Positions 37,301 through 49,700 of a DNA stretch of 64,000 bases are shown here, one piece after another; positions within the stretch are counted from its first letter, which is position 1; every line of letters begins with the position of its first letter. Under the pieces are notes generated by a model. That model saw nothing but the letters and a program-made list of their open reading frames with translations, did not search any database and was not told where the DNA came from. Position numbers and translations under genes: made by a program. This stretch comes from Asterias rubens. Lineage: Eukaryota. The stretch is from positions 29,698,001 through 29,762,000 of the forward strand of contig NC_047062.1 in the NCBI RefSeq assembly GCF_902459465.1, given 5' to 3'.

Positions 37301-38344
37301 TTAGATTGTCGAGCTCTATTCCTTCTGCAGCTAGCTTTCTTCCTAGGGCTCCTAATAAAGTCCGAACTCCAGACTCCTGCTCATTTTTCTCAGATGTTGT
37401 GGTTCTTCTGGGTCTGGATTTGTGCAATTGTACAAAATGCTAAGTATTTGGCTGTGTCCATTTTATTTTATATTTTATAGGTATTGTACTGGAATAATTG
37501 TGCTGAACAAATAGTCACAGACAGTGTTGTAATACTGCTAGACCAATTTTAGTGGTGGGCTAAAATTCCAGATTTTTCGAAGTCCACCATGGGAAAGTGG
37601 ATAAACAAAATTATCCATGTTTACTTAAGGGGCCATTATTACTGGAGTGAAAGCTTCAGACATGATGCCAGGTTTTAAAACTGTTTGTGTTATGGGGCCA
37701 CGTAATTATGAATAAGTTGAATGGCATTTTGACTGTGTTCTTTCTTTCATAGCTGTGTCTCAGATCAATGCACAGTGGACAATATCTTGATTTATTCTAG
37801 GGGAAATCGGTGCGGCGCAATGTATTTTGCTCAGAGGACTGGGCAAAAATTGTGAGTCCTAGGCAGGCAGGCATGCCCAGCATCGCCCACCATGGCTATA
37901 CAACACTGCTGTTATGATTCCCAATTCTAAAATGAGCAATTAAAAGTGTTCACCGTCTTTTGTTGTCACTATTTTGTGCATTTCAACTCACTGATTAAGC
38001 GATACTACTTCAGCTTTCTCCCTCTCGTTTCTTCGACCACTGTCCACCATCTTGTCCTTCTGAGAAGACGACTGGGAAAACATAGATGAGCTTCCATGGC
38101 AACTCTCATCGCTGAAGTTGCGATCACTTCCTGGGACGCCAGCCCCTTCATGATTGTGTGTGCCTGGACTTTGAGAGATACAGTTGTTTCGTCCAACTGA
38201 GGTTGAATCTTTTTCCTCCACAACGTCTTTGTTTTTCTCTTTGGGTCGAAACGGGTTGCTATTCACACCTTTCTCACCGACTTTGAAGCGTGGATGAACT
38301 GGTTCTAGATCCGGCATATCATCAAACCTTTCTAGCCTTGCCAT
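34331..38344 (-). CDS. C11orf68: UPF0696 protein C11orf68 (Bles03, DUF1917) homolog, 410 aa, 4 coding exons
   Basis: complement(join(34331..34700,35074..35373,37204..37413,37992..38344)). All three junctions phase 2, 1233 nt. Motifs DVLGLKDAWEKL, LALAHGTLCGKWM, QVICVYNNNFTD and YKPDVFTYLGVYRGNEWGL match C11orf68. In-frame TAA upstream of the ATG; 5'-UTR acceptor at 38356. Confidence 0.9.
35619..35960. mobile_element. Kolobok-like MITE copy, right end truncated
   Basis: TTAAAGGCAGTGCACACTATTGGTAATT start with family internal sequence. Confidence 0.75.
36119..36655 (+). mobile_element. Unclassified ~540-bp element ending in a long foldback
   Basis: Near-identical to 60379-61133; the terminal ~170 bp folds on itself (GGTTTTCAACTAGTGGTTTAA/TTAAACCACTAGTTGAAAACC). 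Confidence 0.75.
36657..37011. mobile_element. Kolobok-like MITE copy
   Basis: TTAA-AGACACTGGACAC ... GTGTCCTCTGCCT-TTAA; a further partial copy follows at about 37020-37186. Confidence 0.8.
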
Positions 38345-38455
38345 GCTCAATTAATCTAAAAACAAAAGGAGCAATGGTATGTCATTGGTGGGAAACAGGT
38401 CAACTCGTACCTAAAGTCAACACAAACCCAGGTCAACTTGTACCCAAGTCAATTT

Positions 38456-39190
38456 AATAAATAATAATAAGACTTGTAGTGCGCACGTATCTACCCTGCT
38501 GGGTGTTCAAGGCGCAGTAAACCCCCCCCCCCAAATAAAAATTAAAAAACAGACACAACAAAAATTAGTCCTTGAAAACCTGTGACATAAGATAAGTTTT
38601 GAGAAGAGATTTGAATGTTGTGGTACAAAGACAAGTTCTAAGATTAAGTGGTAGAGAGTTCTAGATGCGTGGCGCAGCTGAAGAAAAAGACCTGTCTCCC
38701 CATGAGTGTTGAGACTTGGGTTCAATGAGAAGAAGTATGGAACTTGTTTGAAGATTTCTTGATGGAGTGTAAAACTTGGAGAAAATCAGAAATATAGAGG
38801 GGAGCCTTGCCATTAAGTGCTTTGTGGACAATGAGCATCAGCTTGAAGATGATTCGTTGAGAGATAGGGAGCCAGTGTAGTTGTTTCAGAATGGGGGTGA
38901 TGGAACAGGATTTCTTAGACATTGTCACAATGCGGGCAGCAGTATTTTGGAGGCGTTGAAGATGGGAAATCTGGTTGTTAGGAAGACTGTAGAGAAGAGC
39001 ATTGCTATTGTCAAGGCGAGAAGTAACAAATGCATGAATGACCTTTTCAGTGGCACTTTTGTCCAAGTACTTACGAATCTTACCAATATTCCTGATGTGG
39101 TATGATGACAACGAACGATGTTGTTGATGTGTGGTTGAAGTGTCATTGATGAATCAAAAATAACCCCCAAGTTCCGAGCTTGCAGCGAGG
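38456..39190 (-). mobile_element. 5'-truncated, frameshifted L2/Crack-clade LINE fragment
   Basis: RT C-terminal peptides LGVIFDSSMT and IHAFVTSRLDNSNALL..LQRLQNTAARI..ITPILKQLHWLPI; (TAT)n-type 3' tail. Confidence 0.88.
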
Positions 39191-39314
39191 GGGAGCTATC
39201 TGAGCATCACGTAGGCTACCCAAACTATCTAGGACAATTATTTGTACCAGGGTGAACTCATACCCAGATCAACTTGTACCCAGATCAACTCACACCTTGT
39301 TAACTCTTAACCAA

Positions 39315-39681
39315 TAAAGGGAAGGTACATGTTTGGTAATTACTAATAGCAAATTTTAATTTAAAACTGACTTGGTAACAAGCATTGGAGAGCTGTTGAT
39401 AGTATACAAAATTGTGGGAAACGACTCCCTCGGAAATAACGTAGTTTTTGAGAGAGAGGTAATTTCTCACTAAAATAATAAAAGACTTCTAGCTAGAAGT
39501 ATTTAGTTCTTTTCTGCAAGCACACAAATTTGTCCAACAAGGGTGTTTTTTCTTTCATCATTTTCTCGCATGACCAATTGAGCCCAAATTTTCACAGGCT
39601 TGTTATTTTATGCTTATGATGGGATACACCAAGTGAGAAGACTGGTCTTTGACAATTACCAAACGTGTACCTTCCCTTTAA
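39315..39681. mobile_element. Kolobok-like MITE, variant subfamily
   Basis: TIR AAAGGGAAGGTACA(T/C)GTTTGGTAATT / AATTACCAAACGTGTACCTTCCCTTTAA with the same internal sequence family. Confidence 0.75.
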
Positions 39682-42600
39682 GGGTTGTACGAGATGACCC
39701 AAATTCATTGGTGTGTATAGTTGCGATAATTGTAGCCCCACATGTGTGGCCAAGGTTATAGCTGAAGCCTTGGCCACACGTACAAGTGGGGCTACGGTAA
39801 TTGCAACCACCATCCCATACTGACAGTAGACGAACGCTCTGCTCTTCGACCGTCGGGGAGGATGGAGGGTTATGATTATCGCAATGGTGTGTATGGATCC
39901 TTGTGTATATAACTGTATAGATAGTTACACCACGGAGCTATACACAGAATTCTGACCAGTTCACCTGCTGCAGTCTTCGTCTCAATTATCTTAGCCTTAA
40001 TTGCTTCGAGTCAAGTTCAAGCTGTGTGTACCACAAGCTATATTATAGGCATTAATAAATCCTCCCCTTCCCCCAGATGCTATTGCTAGGTTGATTCATG
40101 GCCATGCGACCATGGTTGATTTGGGTCATCTTCCACTATACTAAGTATACAGCTAGCCCCACTTACACCTTGTGAGGCCAAACAAGGATAGCTGAATCCT
40201 ATCTCTTGGCCACACACACAAGTGGGGCTAACTTCCAGCTAATCTGTCCTTACTCTATGCTTCCAGCCAGCCTCTCAGAAAGTTTCCCATTTACTTTTAC
40301 AGCTCAAATCGTTGCTGCTGTTTAATCAACTTCAGTTCTACCGTTTCTCTATTGCATTGAACACCCTGTTGAAGCTGCATGCAGGGCAATCCAACACAAA
40401 GACCTGCCATTTAAAGTTGGGTTTTTCCCCACCCACCACACTCCTGCCTAGATCTCATGTCCCTGTTCGAAACGACGGCTTTATACCTCCAGCATGCACC
40501 CCCTCCGGCCTGCAACATCATCAAAGCGTACGTTGTTGACTGAACCGCCCGCATCCCGCCGAATCCCGCCGAATCCCAAACTCAAAGCCGTGGTTTCGAA
40601 AAGGCTCTACTCGCTCCACTAAGTATGACGCGCGCCCTCTGTTGTTATCATCCTGTAAAACAACTAAACTTCCCACAGTATGTTCACCTTCGCTCATCCC
40701 TATTATATTCCCATCACATACATATTGATTTTAAAACAATTCGAGCAAATCTCTTTAAAACTCAGTTACAAGATTAAGTGGAGATAGTTCTACTGCAGGC
40801 TACTCAAGTTAAACCACAAAGGAAAATTGCATAAACAACTCATATCAATAAATTGTGATATAATTTCCCCAAGTTAATTTTGGCTTGTATGACTCAAGCG
40901 GCAATCCATAAAGTGTTGGGTGGTGCCCGATAATTATTTTTTTAAAATATATTAAAGTGAAGTACTATTTTTTAGAAACCTTCTTCCAATCTCCAATACC
41001 ACCCTGCAATCCAGGGCCAAATTTCATTGCTTTTAAGCAGCTCTATGAAATTGGGCCCCGCTCTTTCCACTACTGTCTACAAAACTCCACATTTTCAAAG
41101 TTGGTCCTAAACACCTAAACAGTTTCACAATCTGGTATTGACATCATAGGGTGAAAAGCCTCATTAATGAAATAATTCAGTTCACGCCAAAACATTATTC
41201 ATGCCTATTGTTTAAAGCTGGTTTATTATACAAAAATATGTGTACATAAACAAATCCCACAGAAAAAAAGAATGGCAAAACATTGGAAAGCAAAATATTG
41301 TAATCCTCCAAGATCAAGACCAGGGCCCAATTTCATAGAGCTGCTTAAAGCACAAGAAATTGTTTTAAGCAGAAAAAAATGTTTAACATGTTTCTGCTTA
41401 GCAGAAATGAGCAGGATACCAGTAACCAAATGTACACCTAATGATTGACTGGTAAACTCATTCTACTTAATAGAGTACATTTTTAAATCCAAAATTTCAT
41501 TTCTGCTTTGTGTTTCTTCGTCTTTCTGTCCACTTATAACAATGTTGCTGTTGTAAAAAGGTACATTTTTGGCAAGTCCCATCGATCATCTTGTTACAAC
41601 AAGAGTCAACTGTACATGTTTGTTTACTGATGAAATATTATACTTAAGACATTCTTCTCAGTTTACTAAAGATAAAGTACTTCTCAACAAAGCTTTTTGT
41701 TATTACACTATGAAGGGTTAATGCCAAAACTTTACATCAAATAATGAGATCTTATATTACTCAAAGTATATGCCCCTTTCAGGGCCCAATTTCATTGAGC
41801 TGCTTAAGAACTAGCAAAATCATGCTTACCAGAATAAGGTTACCAGCCAAACTACAATGTCACATGTAGAAGTGGTGACTGGTATCCCGTTAGTTTCCGC
41901 TTAGCAAATACTTTTTAAGCAATAATTTCTGCTTGAGCAGCTCTATGAAATTAGGCCTAGTATGGCGAGGTTATACACCCGGTGCATATGATGTCTCATT
42001 CCTGAAAAAAGGTGCCTCACTGAGGCCAAAAAGCGCTCAAAACGAGACCAGAAAGGATCCTCACTGATTGATAGCTGCTCTTTGGGCTTAAAAACGTGTT
42101 CGTAACCTCAGTGTCCCTGTAGCATTTCGCGTTATGCAATGGGTCTATTGTTATACAATAGTTGAAGAGTTTAACATTAGTGTTTGTGAGTAATGACAAT
42201 TTTGTTTGCGCATGAAATATCTCACGATCATCCAAGTTAAACTTAATAACCAAAAAATAATATTAAACAGTTAACACAGGACAAAATATTTTGTTAAGGC
42301 AAATTGTTTTACGCTTATGTTTTCAAGTTGTGAAATAAAAGATACTTAAGGAAAGTTAAGGAAAAAAAAAAAAAATAGAAACTTCTTGCTTTATGAAGTT
42401 ATTTTAATCATGTAAATAGCATAGTCTACATGTAAACTACCGGACCAACAAGTACAAAGATTAAGGACACAGGGAGGGCGGTCACAATTCTTTTTTATTA
42501 TATATAAAGTCATATCATTGATCAAGCATGAATAGGAAGTAACTATTTATTAATCAGATGGAAAGGGACAGCCTTGTGTAAAAGTCTCGGAAGAAATGGT

Positions 42601-42691
42601 GGCTTCCAAAAGAGCCATTCAGTCCTGATACTTCACGGAGGCAACAAAGGCGATTGCTTCCATGCCCCCCCTGGTCAATGAATGCGTGACC

Positions 42692-43060
42692 TTAAAGACA
42701 CTAGACACTATTGGTAATTGTCAAAGGCCAGTCTTCTCACTTGGTGTATCTCAACGTATGCATAAAATAACAAACCTGTGAAAATTTGGGCTCGATTGGT
42801 CGTCAAAGTTGCGAGATAATAATGGAAGAACAAACACCCCTGTCACACCAAGTTATGTGCTTTCCTATGCTTGATTTCGAGACCTCAAATTCTAAATCTG
42901 AGGTCTCGAAATCAACTTCAAGGAAAATTACTTCTTTCTCGAAAACTACATTACTTCAGAGGGAGCCGTTTCTCACAATGTTTTATACTATCAACAGCTC
43001 CCCATTACTCATTACCAAGAAAGGTTTTGAATAATAACCAATAGTGTTCACTGCCTTTAA
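42692..43060. mobile_element. Kolobok-like MITE nested in a ~180-bp repeat
   Basis: TTAA on both sides; the host repeat resumes (ATGCTCCAG...TTTCCTCATAGGG) right after the second TTAA. Confidence 0.85.
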
Positions 43061-43281
43061 ATGCTCCAGTATATTTACAATTTCCTCATAGGGTGCCCTC
43101 TACCAAGGAGAATTCATTTTGGTTTTGAATCAATGTCACGCAAAATTAGTATTCGGTTTTTCACTATTGTCTCATGACCCAGATCTCAAAATTCTACAGG
43201 TTTGTCAGTTTATGTATATGGTGGTTACAGTAAGTGCTTACACTGCCAACAACTGTTTTGTTAGCACAAACTAATTCTGTA

Positions 43282-43582
43282 ATATAATAGATGTTAAATT
43301 TGCATCGGGGATAAAGAATATTAATTTTGGTTTTTACCCATACACCGATGTGTGTTAGCACTGTATACTCAGTACTTTCCCGAGTCCTGTGAAAAAATAT
43401 CACAGGCATGTTACTCGGGTGGGATTCGAACCCACAACCCGTGCAATTCTAGAGCAGTGTCTTACCAACTAGACTACCGAGGTTGCCCGGTAGCTAGAGG
43501 CAATTCGAATCCTACATTTTGGCAGCGGGTACCGCAACGATATAAGAGATGTTTAATTTGCATAGGGGATAAAGAATATTAA
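43282..43582 (-). mobile_element. tRNA-containing repeat with 43-bp terminal direct repeats; partial relatives at ~6740-6885, 14650-14830, 63870-63930
   Basis: tRNA-like cloverleaf at 43411-43483 (-); direct repeats at 43282-43324 and 43540-43582. Confidence 0.65.
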
Positions 43583-43665
43583 CTTTCAAGACCCTTGTAA
43601 TTCTGTAATGTTCCTTTAACTTATCTTCAGGTGATGATGCTCAAGGGTTATATGTGCAAGTTGAA

Positions 43666-43760
43666 GGCGGGAGGGTTGGGGGAGGGGAGAGGGAGGGGGG
43701 GGTAGCGGACAGGGAGGGGGGGAGCGGACCGGGAGGGGGGTAGCGGACAGGGAGGGGGCG
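43666..43760. repeat. G-rich ~19-bp repeat in the YIF1 3' UTR
   Basis: GGGAGGGGGG(T)AGCGGAC(A/C) x3 plus flanking G tracts. Confidence 0.8.
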
Positions 43761-43782
43761 TTGAATAACAGCAATGTTGGTC

Positions 43783-46700
43783 TCAGACTTTACCCTTGAC
43801 CGGGATGCCAGTGAGGTGGGACGTCAACCAATATATGAAGATTGGTTGTAAGGTAGCGATAAACAGGAGCAAGTACATACGTCGTTTGTTGCCGTGTCCG
43901 ATACTGTCTTCGTGGGACTCCGGCAAAATGATCAATTTCATATTCCGAACCTGCATTTCATTAAAAACAAAAATATATATATATATCAATATATTTAGAA
44001 ACAACTAGAGTAGAATGAATAGTTTCCTGGAATGAAAACTAAAAAAGTACAATGAAAAGTCGAAAGGAGAATACTAAGCGCTTTTTATTTTAAGCTTCCA
44101 ATTAACTATATCGGAAAGCAAACAAGGGCTTGGATTTAACGAGAATATTAACAACCAGCCGCATCTCTGCCGCAGCATTCACAAACAGACACCACAGAAA
44201 TATATATTTTCCACCAAATTATCAACACCATATTACTTTGAAGTGAATCCTTTCTCAACATAGTTCATACAGCTGTAGTGTTTGTTACCAAGTATGAGAC
44301 CTACTCCTTTTCATAGCACCATGTATACAAAGTGCTGTGGCGCAATTCGCTGCTGATCAAACCAGGGACACCATGGCGAACCCCTTTTTTTTTCGATAAG
44401 TGCACTGGGTTCTTTTACGTGTGTTACACAACACACAGGACCAATGGCTTTACGTCCCATTCGAAGAACGAAGCATCATGGTTAAGTATCTTGCTTAAGG
44501 ACTAAGGTGTCAAGGCTGGGACTCGAACCCACAATCTGCTGTTCAGAAACACCAGAGCTTGAATACGGTGCTCTTAACCGCTAGGCCATGACATACCACA
44601 TTTACCAGTATTTTGTATCAGTTTTCACTGAAGGAAGAGTTACGCTTGAGTTTAAGCAACTTACCAAAAAGAATATAATTGATATACTTGAGTAGAGAAG
44701 AGCAACATAGTACCCCAACGATTGAAATAGAATACTGGCAAGAAGACACACAATCATTCTGTAAAGAAAAAACAAATCAATGGAAACTTAAGTTAATTTG
44801 TAGGGTCACCATTTGTTTTTTTGTCAACTTAACCCTCCTACTCTGAGGTTGATTACGGAGGCCACTGTCTCACCATTCAAAACCATTTACACACTTCACT
44901 GATCATGCATGGTTGTGTTACGCTTTGGTCCAATGATAAAGCTATGGAGTGCGTACAAAGCAATAGCGGGGGTGTGGAATGGATTTTCTAATGGTTTCCA
45001 ATGGTCAGTCAGCAGGAGGGTTAATTGGCAAAACTATCAAGAAAGATACAACAAAAGTCACATGTGAAAGTTTCAGCTGAATATAGTGTCTACTTGTTAC
45101 ATCAAATCAGTCCACATTTAACGCGGTGACAGCGGGTACCAACCGCATCTCTGACCACAGCATTCACAAACGTACACCAACCCTCAGAAATCTTTGTAAC
45201 AAGTGAGCTTTAAGATAGAAATTACACACATTTTTCCCGGGGTGATACTTTGTAAAGCAGCTCTATGAAATCAGGCCCTGCTGGTTGCATTTGATCGTAC
45301 AGAAACTGTACAGTGCTACCTAAGCATCTGGATGAGTTTTAACTGCGAATCTCCAGGACCATGAAGACCATGTAAATGAATGTGAGGTCAAAGGTGATTA
45401 ATGACGTAGGCTCAAGGCAGATCTCTGGCATACTTCACAAATGTGACGTCAGATGTTCAGGCTAGGATGGGTTATGATTAAGAACACATTCAATGACTCA
45501 CCCCACATATTTGTAGCCGCAAAACGCTACCAGATCAAGTTTCCTAAGAGCACTATGGATGTTCATGATGTAGAGGGTGAGGAGGACGGCCACAATCTCT
45601 ATGATGAGCCAGACGAGTGCTGTACTTGCTTGCATCCCAAGCTGCTCCGGGGTAAACCTACATCACACCACAAAAAACAACAGGGTATCTTTAAAAATAC
45701 ATCTTATACAGTACATCTACAGGCCTGATACTCCACGGAGGCAAAACTCCGTTTCCCCCTTGCCATTGCCTTGGTGCCCTTGAAATGCTCCAGTAGAAAT
45801 TTACAATTTCCTCATAGGGTACCTTTTGCCAAAGAGAAAATGCCTTGGTGCCCTTGCCCTTACAAAAACGAAACATACAACCCTGCATCTATTTGACTTT
45901 TGGTTGAAAAATTGCAGTAAACGGGATGCTTCCGTTGTTGTACCACTATTCTCTTCTCCAGGGCTTAAACTTCGCTCTTGAAGAGGCCACAGCAATTTTC
46001 CAATGGTAAGGGGGCACTTCTAGGAGGAAAATGTGAATTTGTATTGGAACCTTGCAGAGGGCACCACAGCAAAAGCACAGGGCACCGCAGCAATTTCTGT
46101 GGGTGCTTTGGGTTATTTAAAGGCCTGGGGCCAATTTTATAAAACTGCTCAAGCAAACAATTTGCTGAAGCACGAAAATAGCTTGCTTATTTTACACATG
46201 TTACTGGACAAAATTTCATGACATATACATTGCTTGTGACTGGTAGTTAGCTGTTGTTTACTTAGCATAACAATTGAGTAGAGTCCTGGCCGGTAATCTG
46301 ATTTTACTAAGCATGATTGTTTTTGCTTAAGCATAATTTTGTGCTTAAGCAGCTCTATGAAATTGGGCCCTGCTATTCTGATGAAATCCTCAGTGGGGTA
46401 CCACTACAACAACAAAAAACCTTATGGGATAGAATTGTTCTATTGCTAAAACTACCCTACTAAGTACTAAGTTGGTGTATGTAAGGGCACTGCAAGCAGG
46501 TACGGTTGCAAACCCAATCCACATAATGCCCCCTGGTGGGATTTGAACCGGAGACCAGGAGATGGAAGGAGAGGAAAGACACCAACACGCCCGGCTGTTT
46601 TTTAGCCACACTGCTTTAATTAGATACCCTGTTCTATCTAATTGTGGATGGCCACCCTGTCTTCCATTATACAGTTAAAGGCAGTGGACACTATTGGTAA

Positions 46701-49700
46701 TTGTCAAAGACTAGCCTTCACAGTTGGTGTATGTCAACATATGCATAAAATAACAAACCTGTGAAAATTTGAGCTCAATCGGTCATCGAAGTTGCGAGAT
46801 AATAATGAAAGAAAAATAACCCTTGTCACACGAAGTTGTGTGCGTTTAGATGGTTGATTTCGAGACCTCAAATTCTAAATCCGAGGTCTCAAAATCAAAT
46901 TCGTGGAAAATCACTTCTTTCTCGAAAACTATGGCACCTCAGAGGGAGCCGTTTCTCACAATGTTTTAAACTATCAACCTCTCCCCATTACTCGTCACCA
47001 AGAAAGGTTTTATACCAATAATTATTTTGAGTAATTACCAATAGTGTCCACTGCCTTTAACCTGGACATTTCTGTACTTCTTCATTACTAAATATTAAGC
47101 AGACAGTGAAGTGAGTAAGGACTTACTTATCTTGCCGTCCTAAAGCCACACCTGCCAGCAGTATGTAGGTTACGAAGCCCATGACGGGGATATAAAGGTC
47201 AGGAGCGTTGACCGCGTATCTAGGGGCTACTGGTTCATTTTCTTGATTGTACTGAATCGTCCATTCCTATATGAAGAAAAGATACGAAAATCAATGGTGG
47301 TCAGACACTAAAAATAGATTACATTCAATATGGCAACGGTGTAAATGTTAACAAACTTAAAAAGCCTAAAAACTTACTTAGTAATGAGCAATGGAGAGCT
47401 GTTGATAGTATAAAACATTGTGAGAAACAGCTCCCTCTGAAAGTAACGTAGTTTTTGTGAAAATATTAAAATACTTCATGCCTAAAGCATTTTTTAGGCA
47501 TCTGAAAGCATACAAATTTGTGAGTCCAAATTTCCACAGGTTTGTGATTTTATGCATATGTTGAGATACACCGACTACCAAAGATGTCCAGTGCCTTTAA
47601 GTGCGCAACATTACACACAGAAGTATTGTGAAATTACTATACTTTCCCAAAGTACTTCTTATGTCCCATTCAAAAACCTGTATCTAAATTTGGCACATCG
47701 TGGCCAAGCCAAGTTCCAGAACTATTTCAACTTACAGTATGTGTGAACGGACAGAGAAGTATCGCCAGTTTCTTGAAGACGTACGCTGTGTCAACCGCAA
47801 AGTAGTATTTCAGCTTACTCACAGACATAAATCTGTCAATCTGTAACGAAGAATGCAAAAATCACTCATGGATTTGTAGTCATTTTGTAAATGTTGCGTC
47901 TTTACATGATGTGCTGCTTATGTGTTTGAGTATGACTTTCATCAGTTGATCTTGAACCACGGTCCAAAGAGTCCGATTCTTTACAGTTTCAACGGGGGAC
48001 TTTTGAACGCTAGCCTAGGTGGCAGCAGACTCACCAGATAAATCTCCATTGTTTACTTAGTTCTGAGCATACGCCCATGACCGTGAACAATAGATTTACC
48101 TGGCAAGTCTGCTGCCACCTAGAGTCCCCAAATGTCTCCCATTGCAAGAACCTAGACACCCTGCGTGGCGAGTGTGTCTAGGTGGAGTGCGCACAAGCAC
48201 AAGCAAAAATTCCCTGCTAACACAAAAAACACGTTTGAGGTAAGCGAGGAATTCCTGCTCCCGTAAGCCCTGGGCCCAATTTCATGGCTCTGCCTACTGC
48301 CGAATTCTGGGCTTACAATGACGATTCCCCGCTTAGGTGCAAGCGCTGAATTTCTGTGCTAGCCTTGTAAGCATTTAATGCCTAGTAACGTGGAGTACGC
48401 ACGCGCAGAAGCCAAAATTCGTCGCTAACCCGTGAAATACGCTTGCCGTAAGCACAAAATTCTCTGCCTCCGTAAGCGCCGATGCAGAGCCATGAAATTG
48501 GGCCCAGATCCTTTGCTTACGCTAAGCAAAGCCATGAAATTGGGCCAAGATCTTCAGCAGGTACCATTTCTTCCACCAATGCTGGACTTATAGATGGATT
48601 GCACATGATGACATTGAAAACCATCTTTGTTGAAACGTGCACGTATCCAAATCTATCATTGGCTGCGAGTTGTGCACACGTGTAATTCTCTATTGTTTAT
48701 CATCAAATACGGCAGTCGATGACGCTATGTGCAATCCATCTATTCCAAACTAGCCTGGAATTCCATACCTGTTTCTCCATGACTTCCTTCCCATGGTCGG
48801 CCAGGCCAGCACCATACTGCATTGCCATATTAGCCATGGGGTCATTCATCAACTGTTGACCAGGAAACCCCACGGGTTGTGGTTGCCCGTATGCCCCCTG
48901 AGCCTGGAAGTTTCCCCCTGGTCCCGGCTGCCCTCCTCCCATAGTACTAGTGTCATCAAAGAGCGGAGTGGGACCATCTTGACCCTGGGGTCGCTGGGGT
49001 CTTCTCTGATAACCCTGTGCTTGGCTGGCTAAATTACAACAAATTAATAAATGTGGAAAAACATTAGATTCTGCGCAACATAAATGATTCATTAAAAATT
49101 TATTTATTACAGGCAACAAATTTTAGTTTAGTTTTTTAGTCAATCCTTTTAATAACCTGCTTATAGCCCATCCACTTGTGCAATTTAAAAAAATTGTTTT
49201 TTATTCATTTACAAGTTTACTTGTTTATTTATTTATATATTTATTTTTTTGTTTATCTTTGCTTACTCTTGTTTTTCATTATTTATTTTCATTCTTAGTT
49301 ATTTATTATTGGTTTTGTGTAATTATCTGATTTTATTATTGCTTTGTTTACTATAAATTGGTTATCTATATTATTTATATTTGTGTGTACCCCAGACAGG
49401 TGTGGGGCAACAATTCTACGTATTTGCTTTTGTTGTCCCTCGCCCATCTTGGGGTATATTGTCTTTGTATTTTGTTTTGCACTGTCATGGTAAATAAAAT
49501 AATTATAACATAATCATAATATCTATAACCGGGGGGCAATTACTGGGGCGCTGTACTCCTTTCTTTCAAAATTTGTCATTATCGGTCGTACAATAGACCT
49601 TATGCACTGATGTCATCCAGCCGCCATCTTAGAGGAAAAATGGTGACGAAACAATCGAAACGCACAGATTTGTACGCGCTAAGCATAGCATCAGCCAATG

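Noticed and set aside
38722-39170. 129-aa and 81-aa ORFs as host-gene exons
   Set aside because: Frameshifted L2 reverse-transcriptase remnant with LINE tail; no endonuclease or catalytic RT core.
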